Assembly (NCBI RefSeq): GCF_009914755.1
Contig: NC_060930.1
Length of the DNA stretch: 64,000 bases
Reading direction: 5' to 3' (one strand)
From: the human T2T-CHM13v2.0 reference genome, Homo sapiens
Part shown: positions 44,620-57,254 of the stretch, one piece after another
Layout: each line of letters begins with the position of its first letter
Position numbering within the stretch: position 1 is the stretch's first letter
Notes under the pieces: model-generated
Seen by the model: only the letters and a program-made list of their open reading frames with translations
What the model was told of the DNA's origin: nothing
Database searches by the model: none
Translations under genes and position numbers: made by a program

Positions 44620-44860
44620 TGTGGCAGGATGCAAAACAGCATGTGCTTTGAGGTCAACCAGACTTGGGTTCAGGTGCCAGCTTTGCTAATAGCCAGTTAT
44701 GGGATTGGGCAGCTTATTTTAACCTCACTGAGTTTTTCTGAATCTTAACTTCATCATCTGTAAAATAAACCCATCAATGTTGTTATGAAGAACTAATGAT
44801 ATGGCAGATATAAAGTGCCTTGTGCAAAGCCTGGCCAACAGCAGGTGTTTCATGCAAGAT
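44620..44860 (+). mobile_element. MIR
   Basis: cagacttgggttcagg...ttcatcatctgtaaaat...aaagtgccttgtgcaaagcctggc. Confidence 0.7.
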
Positions 44861-45814
44861 TATCATTATTTCTGGTAGAAGACTCTTAATTAGAATTGGT
44901 GCCATCATGTGGGTTATCCTCATTTAGTATTTGAGACCTTCTCATTAGTCATGTCCCATTGTAACCTGTTTGCTGTGATCTGACCTTCCTAGGATACACA
45001 GATTAATAATTAATCCAAGTAAGAGATGGAATCGTTGCTTGTGGAAATGTCTGTGTTGATATTTCCCACACTTTTCTTCTGCAGCAGTCCCCTTAGACAG
45101 CTATCGAAGGCCCCAAGTAAAACCTTCTGGGGTTCTTTCTTGCAGCAGATGATGTAATGCAAAGTCCATCTGGGAGGCACACCCTATAAGAAAGACCTCT
45201 AGGACTCTTAAAAGATAAATGCTTAGAAAATTGATCCAATCAAAATGGAACTGTTATAAATACGCTTTCCCTGTAATTTTTCAAACTAATATATTTAATT
45301 CTGTCTGGCAGCATCCTCTAAATTGAATCCACGTGAGACAGATGAGACCATTGGAAGAATATAATATACTGATGCAGGAATTATTCTGCCTTTGGTGGGG
45401 GCAGTCAGTGTTTCCTGACTGCCTCATGCTTGGGGTGAAGCTGCCTCATGCTTGGGTTATGATGGCAAATATTGCCTCCAGTAGGCTGCTCATGAATTAT
45501 TTCTGTTGTGAGATTTATGACAGGAAACGGGATTTTTCTGTAAGCACAGTTTAATGACTAACATTCCTACATGTGCAGTACATTCAGGTCTTTTCCTTGG
45601 GTGGGCTTCTTGATTGTATAGCCACCTGAATGTCCACTTTTATTAGACAACATCAATTAACCTTACCCTGCAATGTAATATTGCACGTGCCATCATTACC
45701 CAGAGCACAGAGAACATGTGAACCACTAGGAGAATGGTGATGACATTGTTAACGTCACTAGGCTATTTAAGGTGGGGAAAACCTTCAATAATTTAGTGAT
45801 ATTAATAATTGCAA

Positions 45815-46050
45815 TAGTTAATAGTTATCATATAGTCTCTGTGTGCCTGATACTATGCTAAGTGCACCCCTCTATTTATCTATGTTTATATTTATATGTG
45901 TTTAAGTTAGTCTTCGCAATAGCCTTGTGAGAGGGGTACTGTGATTAGCCGCATGTTCTAGATGAGGAAAATGAAGCATGAGGCATGGAGTTACCTTGCT
46001 CAGGATGGTACAGTGAAGGAGTTGGGGAGCTCGATCCATACCCGGGTGGG
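45815..46050 (-). mobile_element. MIR
   Basis: tactatgctaagtgc...ctagatgaggaaaatgaagc...accttgctcagg. Confidence 0.65.
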
Positions 46051-47462
46051 CTGGCACCAAGAGGAAAGTGGCCTTACCTTCACCACATGAACATGAGGCC
46101 TGGAAGGTTCAGAGGGCCGCCCTCTCTATGCTCAGAGATACCTGGACTCAGCTGATGTGTGAAAGCCATGCTTCGACTCCCCAGTCGAGTGTAACCCCTC
46201 TAGATAGACTGTCCAAAAGGCTACATACAATTCAGAACATTTAGCTTATCTTTACTTTAAATTGTATACTTACCTTACCAACTCCACTGGCATTAGGGAT
46301 TCTTCTTGCTCACCATTCCTTCCTTTCTCTGTCTTCACATTTGCTGGGTGCTTTGGGGACAAAAGGAGGAAGGGGAGAAAGAGGAGGAAGCAGAGGAGAA
46401 ACAATTCTCTTTGCTTGGGAAGTCTGCATTCCAGCCCTGGCAATGGGCTCTGTAACTGTGAAAGAACTGGAGAGTGACATGACAGGGTTTGGTAGCAAGT
46501 CGTTCCCTCCTTAGATAGCTCAGGCGGGACCAGGTGAACATCTCCAGACTCTTCCCCACACATTCGGCCTCTGCCTCACCTCTCCCTGATGGGGTTAATT
46601 CACTATGTCCCTACTCTGTGGCCTTCCCAGCCCATTACCCTAACTCTGTCACAGTCCTCCTTACTTTGCCACCTCATAGGGCCTTCCTGATAGAGCAGGA
46701 GGCCAAAGTCCTCTGACCAAGTTTGCAGAGTAAATTTGAGGTGAAATGAAATTCCACCTCCTAAGTTGACAGAAGGCACAGTCAGAACATTAAATTGGCT
46801 TTAGCACATAGAATAATTCTTATATATTTTGAGAGGTCTGGAAACGTTTGCTTATAAGCAAGTGTTTCAGAAAGACCTCCTTATATTTTGATATAGTGAT
46901 TATAAAATAAAAATATTTCTAGTCCATCTTCTGTCCAGGGAGAGGTGCTTTTAGCTTTTAGAAGCAAGAGGAGCCACCTGGTTCTTCTCTTGGTCACCTT
47001 TCCTCTCGCCCACCACCTATATCAGGTGAGTCAATGCCATAAAGGATATTTACCTTTAAGATCAGAATAATTGATCTTTCCAAAGTGACCACCTCCTACT
47101 GCTAATTTATAGACCAAAGAAGGTATCTGAGATAAGTATTTATTCTATAAAACTTCTGAAGAATCTAGCTTAAACAGATATTTTTCCTTAAAATTATTTT
47201 TTGTAATACATGCACAAAGTCAGAGCATAAAAGAACATAACATTTATTTGTCAAAAACTCATTGAATAATATATATCAACAAAGTTGATTTAAATGTGAA
47301 AAAAAAAACCCAGTCATAACATTAAAACCTAGTTTTTCTCACTTCCCTGTCCCCTAGCCACCCTACCCCTCCCCAGAGATTACTGGATTACTGCCGTGAT
47401 ATTTTTTGAAGAGGGTGGCATATTGACTTCTAGAGATGTTCCCTGCGTGTATGCATTTATAA

Positions 47463-47985
<523 letters not shown>

Positions 47986-49399
47986 TAAGCTATTTAAAAT
48001 CCTTTGTTATTACGAACAATGCTTATGTATAAGCATATCTATAGAATAAACTCCTGTGAGTAGAACTACTAGGTCAAATGGTATATAGACTTTATAAAAT
48101 AGTTTAAATACACAAAAAAGTATAAAAAATAATGTAACTAACAACGTACCCAGCATTATTACATCTCAACAAGGAAAATCACATTTCATTTAGGAAGCAC
48201 TGAAGTGCGAGGTCACTGAAGTCATGAGTTATTGCTAATTTATTTGGAATAAGGGAGTTATCTAATTTTGCTTTGAAATCTGGAAGCCTGTACTCAAATG
48301 CTGCTAGGATTGTAAATGTATTCCATCTAGTGGGCTCAGCTGTGTCCAGAGTGGACTGGTTTTTCTAACCAATCACCTGCGTGTTCCTAAATTTAGTTCT
48401 TTGGTGTGTTTTGCCCTAATCAATGAGATATGCAGGCCTGGCCTGGCAAAAGGCCCGAATTAGCTCAAAGGTGACTGCTAAGATCATGTAGCCTATCCCA
48501 AGTATCCTGTCATACAAGTGACTTTACAGGGATTTGTTTTACTCCTTATTAGATGGAATGAGCTTTCAGTTTCATTCTTATCATTTAAGTGGATTGTGGT
48601 TTAATGTATTTGTAAAGGCATACCGTGTATCTATGCACATGTATTGTTTCCATTATGCTTTATCTCAGGCCTCATACCTTCTGCAAGGATTTTCATAATG
48701 TTTTTCTGAGTGGGAAGCCAGGAGTTCTCTCTGTGCCTCAACCCCTGCTCCCACTGCATTCATTCTCTTTGGGGGTTGCACATAGGGTTAAGGATTTCTG
48801 GTTTTCCTTTGAACAATGATTGCTGTATTAAACACAGCTTGGTAACTTTCAGCCTATTATTTGTGTAAATGGCTCTCTAGTGCTTTTAGATTTACTTAAT
48901 TAAAATTCTAGAATGATATGATTCCAGTGGGTTACATTAGTCTCACCCTTAACTTCTTCAGTCATTTTTGTCTTCTAGCCTTTTTCTTTGCAAGAGTTCT
49001 TATTGAAGACAACAGCTTAGCAGACTTCTCAACTCATAATTCATTACTTAAAAGTTAAAATAATTAAAAGCGTTTGTTGTGGAGCATAGTGGAGTTAAAC
49101 TCAGCTTGATATTCATGCAACATTGCACTGCCGCAAGAATGTAGCTAACATATCCTTAAAATGAAAAGGGAAAGGTTGCAGTTCCCAGAGATTTTCTACC
49201 CATCTTTTGAGCTGAAATCATTTCATAAGTTAACCACTGAGTTTGAATGTATCATCTAGTTATAGTTTAATAGGAGGGAACAAAGGATGCACATTATCTT
49301 TTCCCTTTATACCCAGGACATAGTAAGATTCACACAACACAACTCATTGCCCAGGCATGCAAGTATTCCCATGCATGAACAGACCTCCTGTGCCTCTAC

Positions 49400-50950
49400 G
49401 TTTTTCCCTCCCTTAGTGACAGAAAATTCACTGGACTCCAGCAAGCGCTGAGCTCTGGCAGCCATTGGCCCCAGAGCTCTACTAGGTAGAGGCTAGCTAC
49501 GGAGGTGGCCAGTCCGGTGGTTTGTGTCCAGGAGAACATGGCACAGTTAGCTATTTAAATCCAACCAGGATGATGTAAGCGAGCGGGCTGAAAGAGTTAG
49601 GCGAAAGGTGAAAGGAAAGGAGAAATCTTGTCAGGCTGCATTATTTACAGTGAGCTGGGCTGAGACTAACATGCCGGCCACCTGTACACTGAGCCAAACT
49701 CCTGGCACCTCCATGCTGCCTCCTCGCAGCCCTCGAGAAAGGAGGAATCACTGCAGAAAATTATCTGATGCTAAATTATGTGGGGAGAGGGAATGGTGTA
49801 ATTTTTAATATGATTTTTTTAACTGGAAGAGCAGGTCTCTCTACTTAGATAAAAACACACAGACCTGCTCTGGTTTGCAAATTACTGGAGTGTCACAGCA
49901 AAGCTGGGCTCTCTGTCTCTCTTGCTGATAAGAGAATAGTGTTTACTCTTGCCTCTGTGGTCCTAATAATCCTGAGTGAAACTTTGTAAAATGAGTTCTT
50001 GTTTTGCAGGACGAGCAAATGTTCAGGCTCAGGAAATGATGCTAAAGACACTTTGAAAAATGTAAGATGGGCTTGACACAGCATTGGCACAGGATACGTG
50101 ACAGGAAGCAGCGTGGGGAGCGGTGATAACAGTCCCTGCGGCAGGCAGAGAGCTGGTTTCACACTCCAGCCTGGGTTCCCGCAGCAGGAGCGGGCTCAGT
50201 GCACTGAGGCGAGAGCCTTGTTGCACTGCAGAATGAGGGAGGAAATCTGGCTGTGCTCCTAGGGGCCTGGGTTGGGGGAGGCCTGAAGAAGCAGGAGAGG
50301 GCCCCGAGAGCACCTTCTTACCAGTGAGGGCTTGACATTCACCTGCACACACACCGCACTTTTAAAAATCGTGTTGGCTTTGGTTGGTTTTGGCCCTGCT
50401 CACACTACTTTTCCAAAGCACCTCCTGTTGACGAAGCTGGCTTTGGGACAAGAGAGGATGCATTTGTCCTTAGGGTCTCTCAGGGACAGGCCACGCAACA
50501 CCACATACACAGGTGCTCAGTAAGAATTAGATGGAGCGGACAATGCTGATTACTGTTAATGACGGGGTAAGTTAATAAAGGCAAGATGCCTGTTTCCGGG
50601 CAAATCCGCCCCAGTGCGATGGAACCTGCAGCTGATCTGCTTAGGAGGGTGGCTTTTCTTCCAGATGGCCGTGGCCTTTGTGTCAGGGAAGGGCTTTTTT
50701 TTCCATGCATGGTGCACTCTGGTTGTGATGCAGATTAGAAATTCATTTTCATTTGCCACTCTTAAAAAAAATAAACATTCTGGGCGCATGAAAGGGAGCT
50801 TTTGAACCCCAAGAGTGTGCTGTGTGTTTGATTGCGTGCGGCGGGACCCTCTCCTAGATCATTAGCAAGTGCGCCTGGCTCTGCGGCTTTATTCGGGCTT
50901 CAGCCCTGGCGTCATTCCGACAGCTCTGTTCTTAAAGATGAACTCCCATG
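49400..50950. promoter_or_regulatory. Repeat-poor, locally CpG-enriched block (candidate enhancer)
   Basis: No recognisable repeats over ~1.5 kb; CpG clusters at 50090-50215 and 50830-50920; GC-box at 50606-50612. Confidence 0.3.
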
Positions 50951-51794
50951 CACCCAGTAACTTGCTGTAGAGACCAGAGGGGAAAACTTGATGATATGGA
51001 TTTACAACAATTATTTTACTAGGTTTGTGTTTCTCCTGCACTATATTCTTCTTTCAAAGAGTCAGAAGGGAGAGATTGATGCCTATTTGCCATTGTTTCT
51101 TTAAAGTTGTCATTGCTGGTGTAACTTTGATGAATACTGGAAAGCAGAACTATTCAAACTGTGTGAGTTCTGAAGGGGTCACCAAATTTAAATGATACAA
51201 AAGGACCAGCACAGGCAATGAAGTGACAGGGATAGCATGGAGGATAATTCCACAGTATTGCAAAACCAACAGATAGCATCTCATCTCTGTTGAGCACAGC
51301 CAGGCATAGGAAGATAGCAATCTTTATCTAGGTATAGAGATGATTCTTGCTTCCAGGTGCTTAAAATCAAGTGAGAGAAACAGACATGTATACAAAGAAC
51401 TCTAAGACAAGGCACACATGTGACCAAAGTGAAGTGTAAACCCAACACTGCACGCATGCTGAAAAAGTATGACTTGTTCTGGTGGGTGAGGCCCCTCAGT
51501 TGAACTTGGATGAATGAGGAGGACCTCAACAGGCAGAATGGGGGATACCGTATCTGAAACTCTATATCCTTGAAAAAAGAATATGCAAAGTCTATATGAA
51601 CAAATATAGCAAGATGTCTGAGATAGATTACATGATAAAGGAGTTTACCCAGCAATATGTGTAGAACTCCTACTTTTAGGGTTAAAATATACACAGTATA
51701 TGAAGAGTAGTTAAGCTTTTAAGCTCTAAAGACAGGCTGGTTAAAATCCCAGCTCAGGACTTTCAGTGGATTGTGTTACTGCTGAAAAATATTT

Positions 51795-52438
51795 ACTGTC
51801 TCTCCCTGGGGGAAGGTTATTCGTTCCTGTTCATTAATAGCAGGCTGGTCCTAGAACCTCCTTTGGCTAATGAAATGAGAGCAGAAGTGATATATGCCCC
51901 TTCTAAGTAGATGGTTTAGGAGCCACTGTTTGCTTCTGCTGTTTTATGATGAACAGCTAAGTCCCAGATAGAGGGTGCTCCTTCAGCTTCAGCCTGGGTC
52001 CTGGAACAAAGACAGCATGGAGCAGAGCCACAGCTGACTCCTGGTCGACATGATTCATTAGCATAAGCAAGAAATAAACCTTTGTTATTGTCAGCCACTG
52101 AGATTTTGAAGATTCTTGTTGGCTGGTCACGGTGGCTCATGCCTGTAAACCCAGCCCTTTGGGAGTCTGAGGCGGGCCGATCACGAGGTCAGGAATTTGA
52201 GACCAGCTTGGCCAACATGGTGAAACCCTGTCTCTCCTTAAAAAATACAAAAATTAGCTGGGTGTGGTGGCATATGCCTGTAATCCCAGCTACTCAGGAG
52301 GCTGAGGCAGGAGAATCGCTTGAACTGGTGGGGGCAGAGGTTGCAGTGAGCTGAGATCATGCCACTGCACTGTCTCAAAAAAAAGAAAAAAAGAAAATGC
52401 TTGTTACCAGAACATAACTCAGCCTAAGTTGACTGACA
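51795..52438 (+). mobile_element. MLT1I/J-like LTR split by an Alu
   Basis: ctttggctaatgaaatgagagcagaagtga...agcaagaaataaacctttgttattgtcagccactgagatt. Confidence 0.75.
52121..52396 (+). mobile_element. AluSg-like with 3' deletion
   Basis: ccgatcacgaggtcagg; gcactgtctc junction; TSD gaagattcttgtt/gaaaatgcttgtt. Confidence 0.92.
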
Positions 52439-52643
52439 GTCACTTTACCACCTATGGGATCTTATTTGACCTCATTAAACCTCAGTTTCCTTGTACATAA
52501 AATGGGGATAACAAAATACCTACCTCGGAGGATCACTGTGATGTTAAAATGCACAGCATAGAGGTTTGTAATCCATACTAAGAATTCAGTAAGTCTTAGC
52601 TACCTTTAAATACGCATAGAAAAATGTCTGGAGGGATATATGC

Positions 52644-53061
52644 TGTCTTAGTCCATTTGTGTTGCTATAAAGAAACACCTGAGGCTGGGTAATTTACAAA
52701 GAAAAGAGATTTATTTGGCTCATGTTTCTGCAGGCTGCACAAGAAGCATAGCACCAGCAACTGCTTCTGCTGAGGCTGTAGGAAGCTTCCACTCATGGTG
52801 GAAGGGAAAGGGGAACAGGCATCACATGCTAGGAGAAGAAAGAAGGAAGAAAGATAGGGGAGGGGTGCCATGCTCTTTTAAATAACCAGCTTCCATGTGG
52901 ACTAATTGAGCAAGAACTCACTCCTAACCAGAGAGAGGGCACCACGCCATTCATAAGGGATCTGCCTCTAGGACCCAAACACCTGCTAGGCCCCACTTCC
53001 AACACTGGGGATCACATTTCAACATTGAGATCTGGAGGGGACAGATACCCAAACTGTATCG
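52644..53061 (-). mobile_element. MSTB-like MaLR solo LTR
   Basis: tgtcttagtccatttgtgttgctataaag...cacaagaagcatagcaccagc; 5-bp TSD tatgc/tatac. Confidence 0.9.
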
Positions 53062-53563
53062 TATACCAACCTGTTAACAGCAGTGCCCTCTTGAATGTGA
53101 GATTACAGGTGACTTTCATTTTCTATTTTAGTTCTGCAATCAAATTGTTTATAAGAGGCATATATTATTTTAATCATCATAAAAATTAGGTAGTTTCGCT
53201 TTGGAAAAATGAACAAAAGCACCCTGTACATTTCTCTATCACAATGCCTACTGCACCAAACTCAGCTCCTTGAAAGAGGGAGCTGTGTGCATTGCCCTGT
53301 GCTGCTAGTGGCTGGGTGGCAGAGATTATATACTCAGTAGATGTTTACACAAGCGTAATTGATCAGCTTCTCATCTGGATTACTGGGTGAATGGCAGGTA
53401 ATGACCTGCTCTGAGAAGAGAAACACAAAAAGAGTACTACATGAGGTATGAACTCAGAATGTCCACATTCTGAGTTTCTCATAGAAACAATAATCAGGCA
53501 GCTAGAAATAGGAATTTGAATATCAGAGATATAAAGGTGGGGTTTATCAAATAGAGGCGATTA

Positions 53564-53774
53564 CAGGTTGAGCATCCCAAATCCAAAATCTAAAATGCTC
53601 CAAGATCTGAAATTTTCTGAGCACTGACATGATGCACAAAGAAAATGCTCATTGGACCTTTTTGGGGTTCGGGTTTTCAGATTTGGGATGCTCAATCAGC
53701 AAGTATAATGCAAATATTCCAAAATCCAAAACACTTCCAGTTGCAAGCATTTGGGATAAGGGATACTCAGCCTG
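53564..53774. mobile_element. Tigger4a/MER46-like TcMar MITE
   Basis: TIRs caggttgagcatccc / gggatactcagcctg with a TA target duplication on both sides. Confidence 0.88.
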
Positions 53775-53894
53775 TAGTCGAGTCTGTGGATGTAGAGTGG
53801 GAGCATGAGCTCTCTGCTCTGCTCTAGCCCCATCACCCTAATTGTCCTCTCAAGACCTAGTCCAAGGAATTTTTAACAACAATATTCAGCCTAT

Positions 53895-55600
53895 CATTTT
53901 TATTGAGCACCTACCACATGCCAGGCACTGATGCTACAGAGGTGAACTATAAAATCAAATGTCTCTGCCCTCAACCAGTTTCTGTTTTACAGTGGGGGCA
54001 GAAAATAACCAACAACTAAATGAGTAAGATATAGAGTGTATTCTGTAGTGATAGAGAGAATGATAAAACAGGGAAGAGGGAAAGGGAATGCTGGGTGGGG
54101 AGTGTTGCCATTTTCAACAGGATAAGTCAAGGTAGGCCTTGCTGAAGACATGACATTGGAGCATAAAGCTTTAAAAAAGCACAAGATATCTGTGAATCCT
54201 GAGAGAATGATCCAGATAGAGCAGAAAGGACAGAGGCCTTGAGGTGGAAACATGCCCGTGCTCAGAGGAATAGCAAGGAGGTCGGTGTGGCTGGAGCAGA
54301 ATGAGTAAAGGGGTCAGTGGTAAAAGAGTTCAGAGAAATAGTGAGGGGTGGGAGTGGGGATGGAGCCGTGGATAGATCACGGAAGACCTTATCTGCAGGC
54401 TACTGAAGGCACTTTGACTTTTATTCTAAGCAATATGGAGGGGAAGCTAATGAAGTTTCATTAGAGGAATAATCTGGCTTATGTTCTAAACTGACCAGGC
54501 TGGTGAATATATTGAGAACACACTGATGGAGGGGAAGGGTAGAAGCTGGGAGAACAGTAAGGAAGTTATTGCAGTCATAGGTGATGGGTAGCTTGGGCTA
54601 AAGTGGAGGTGATGAGAAGAGGTTGGATCCTGGATACATGTTGCAAGCGCGGCCAGTGTGATATGCTCATGGATTTAATGTGGCACATGAAAGGAAGAGA
54701 GGAATCAAGGATAAGCGCACGGTTTTTGGCAGTAGCAATTGGGAAGATGGGGTTGCTGAAATGGGAAGACTTCAAGAGGTGCAGTATTGATGGGAAGTTA
54801 GGAGTTCAGTTTTAGACACGCTCATTTTGAGATGCCCTTCGACATCCAAGTGGAGAAATAGGTGGATGGACATGTGAGCCTTCAGCCCAGGGGAGGGCTC
54901 TGTGCTGGCTCAGGACATTTGAGGTTCTTGGTGTACAGGCGGTATTTACGCTGTGAGAAGGGTGAGATCCCTTAGGGAGTAAGCGCAGGGAGAAAAGGAG
55001 TCTGGGGACCAAGCTCTGGGTCCCCCAACATTTAGAGCAGGAGAGAAGAAGCAACCAGCCAGGAAGACTGAGTGAGTAGTCAGTGAGGGCAGAGGAGAAT
55101 CAGAGGTGAGTAGTGTCCCAGAGATACGTGAAGAAAGTGTTTGAGGGAGGTGGGCATGCTACTGCCAGGCCAGCTGAGATGGGGACTCAGCATTGTCCAT
55201 TGGGTTAAGCCAGATGGAGGTCCCTGGTGACCCAGCAAGAGCAAGGGCATGGGTGGAGCATGGGTGGAGGGGAGTGAGTGGAGAAGCCTGGCAGAAGAAG
55301 ATTTGAAAGAGAATTCGAAGAGAGGAATCAGAGAGCAGAAAGTTTAAACAACTCTTTGGAGGAATTTTGCTGCAAAGGAGAGTAGGAAAATGGAGTGGTA
55401 GCGAGAGGGAAAGATAGATATGAGCCCAAGAAAGTATTTTCTGTCTTCTTTTTTTTTTTTTTCTTAAGATGGGAGAAATCACAGTGGTCGGTATACTCAT
55501 GGAAAGACTCCATTAGACAGGGACAAATTGCTGATGCAGAAGAAATAAAGAGGACGTTTTGTGCTATGGACTTGGATAGGTGAAAGGAGGCAGGATCTAT
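53895..55600 (-). mobile_element. L2 element
   Basis: tttattgagcacctaccacatgccaggcactg; ggagttcagttttagacac; catccaagtggaga. Confidence 0.8.
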
Positions 55601-56157
55601 CGCACAGATGGAGAGACTGGACTTAGGCGAGGTTCCAGCTCACAGTTCAGAGAAACAGAAGGTGGAGGTAGGGTGGCTGGACACAGGTACAGGTAAGTTG
55701 GCAGATGCAGTGGTGGCAGTGTGGGGGTGGCAAGGGTGCATGTTCTCTATTGATTGCTCCTTTTTTCTCTGGGAAATGGCAAGCAAAGTCAGCAGCTTAA
55801 CGACAAGATAAGTAAAGGGGTGTTGGAGATTTGAGAATGGAGGCAAAGGTATAATCTGGTGACCTAGGAGGGAGACAGTCCTGGGTGGTCTAGGGAGTAT
55901 CAGGCCAGCCCTTAAGGACCCCCAAGTTCAGTGGCCCCAAAGTCAAGTGAAATGGTCATCAGGGGTATGCATTAATTTCCACTGTGGATATGCAGTTACA
56001 GCATGGGTAGACAGGTGGATTTAACTAACTCAGAAGCTGAGGAAATAACCTGAAAGAGAGAGAAAGGAATGGGATCAAGAGCAGATGCGGATGGCCTAGG
56101 GAGTTGGAAAGGAACTGGGGAAGCATCTATTAGTTTGAGAAAGGAGGAAAATAGGAC

Positions 56158-56710
56158 TGTGTTAGTTATCTACTGCTATGTAACAAAATCTTTACAAACT
56201 TGGCAACTTGAAACACACATTAATTTTCTGATAGTTTCTGTGAGTCAGGAACCTGGGAACAGCTTAGCTCAGTTCTGTTTCGGAGTCTCTCAGAAGGCTG
56301 CAATCAAGGCGTCAGCCCGGGCTGGGGTCTCATCTGAGGCTTGACTAGGGAAGGATTCCCTTCCAAGCTTATGTGGTTGTTGGCATGTTGCAGTTTCTTG
56401 TGGACTCTCAAAGGGCCTTAATTCCCTGCTGCTGTTAGCTGAAGGCTGCTCTCAGTTCTTGCCATGTGGGCCTCTCCATATGGTGTTACTTCAACAAAGC
56501 TAGCAAGGGGGAAAGTCGATGGAGTCAGTCTGCTAGCCAGATGGAAGCTACGTCTTATGTAATGTCATCACAGGACCGACATCACCTTGCCCTATTCTGT
56601 TGCTGGAGACAGTCACAGGTGCCCTCATACTCCAAGAGGAGGAGATCCACAAGCGTGCAAACACCAGGAGGCAGGGATCATCGGGAGCCATCCTGGAGTC
56701 TGCCTGCCAC
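56158..56710 (-). mobile_element. MLT1F-like LTR
   Basis: tgtgttagttatctactgctatgtaacaaa...ggagccatcctggagtctgcctgccaca. Confidence 0.85.
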
Positions 56711-57090
56711 AGGGAGAAATGCACAACATGGCAGATTTTGCATAGGGAGAAGGGAAACTGAGGGAGCTGAAACACAACAGACAGCCTGTCTCCTAATGAA
56801 AAGGGGGACGGACTTACCCCTTGAGAAAGAAAGGGCCGTGATGGGGGATGTATGGCGGGTGTAGGGAAAAAAAATGTTTGCAGTGAGGAGAGGGAGCCCA
56901 GGGGGTAAGTAGGAGATTTCTGAGCAACAAGGAGGGCCCACAAAATTCTTATAGAAAGCATGGATTTGCTGCAGAGCCAGCAGACAGTTAAGTGATTTGC
57001 TCCAACAACAGATGGCACTCTGTTTTCAGCCAGAGAACAAATGGATGGAGGGATTGGCCCAAGGCTGAGTGTGTTTAAAGGTCAGGGTCA

Positions 57091-57254
57091 GGTCAGGTGT
57101 GGTGGCCCACGCCTGTCATCCCAGCACTTTGGGAGGCTGAGGCAAGAAGATTGCTGAAGGCCAGGAGTTCAAAGCTGTAGTGAGCTAGGATCACACCACT
57201 GCACAGCACTGGACCACAGAGGGAAACCCTGTCTGTGAAACAATGAAAAAAAAA
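57091..57254 (+). mobile_element. FRAM/FAM Alu monomer
   Basis: Single monomer with a short A tail. Confidence 0.82.
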
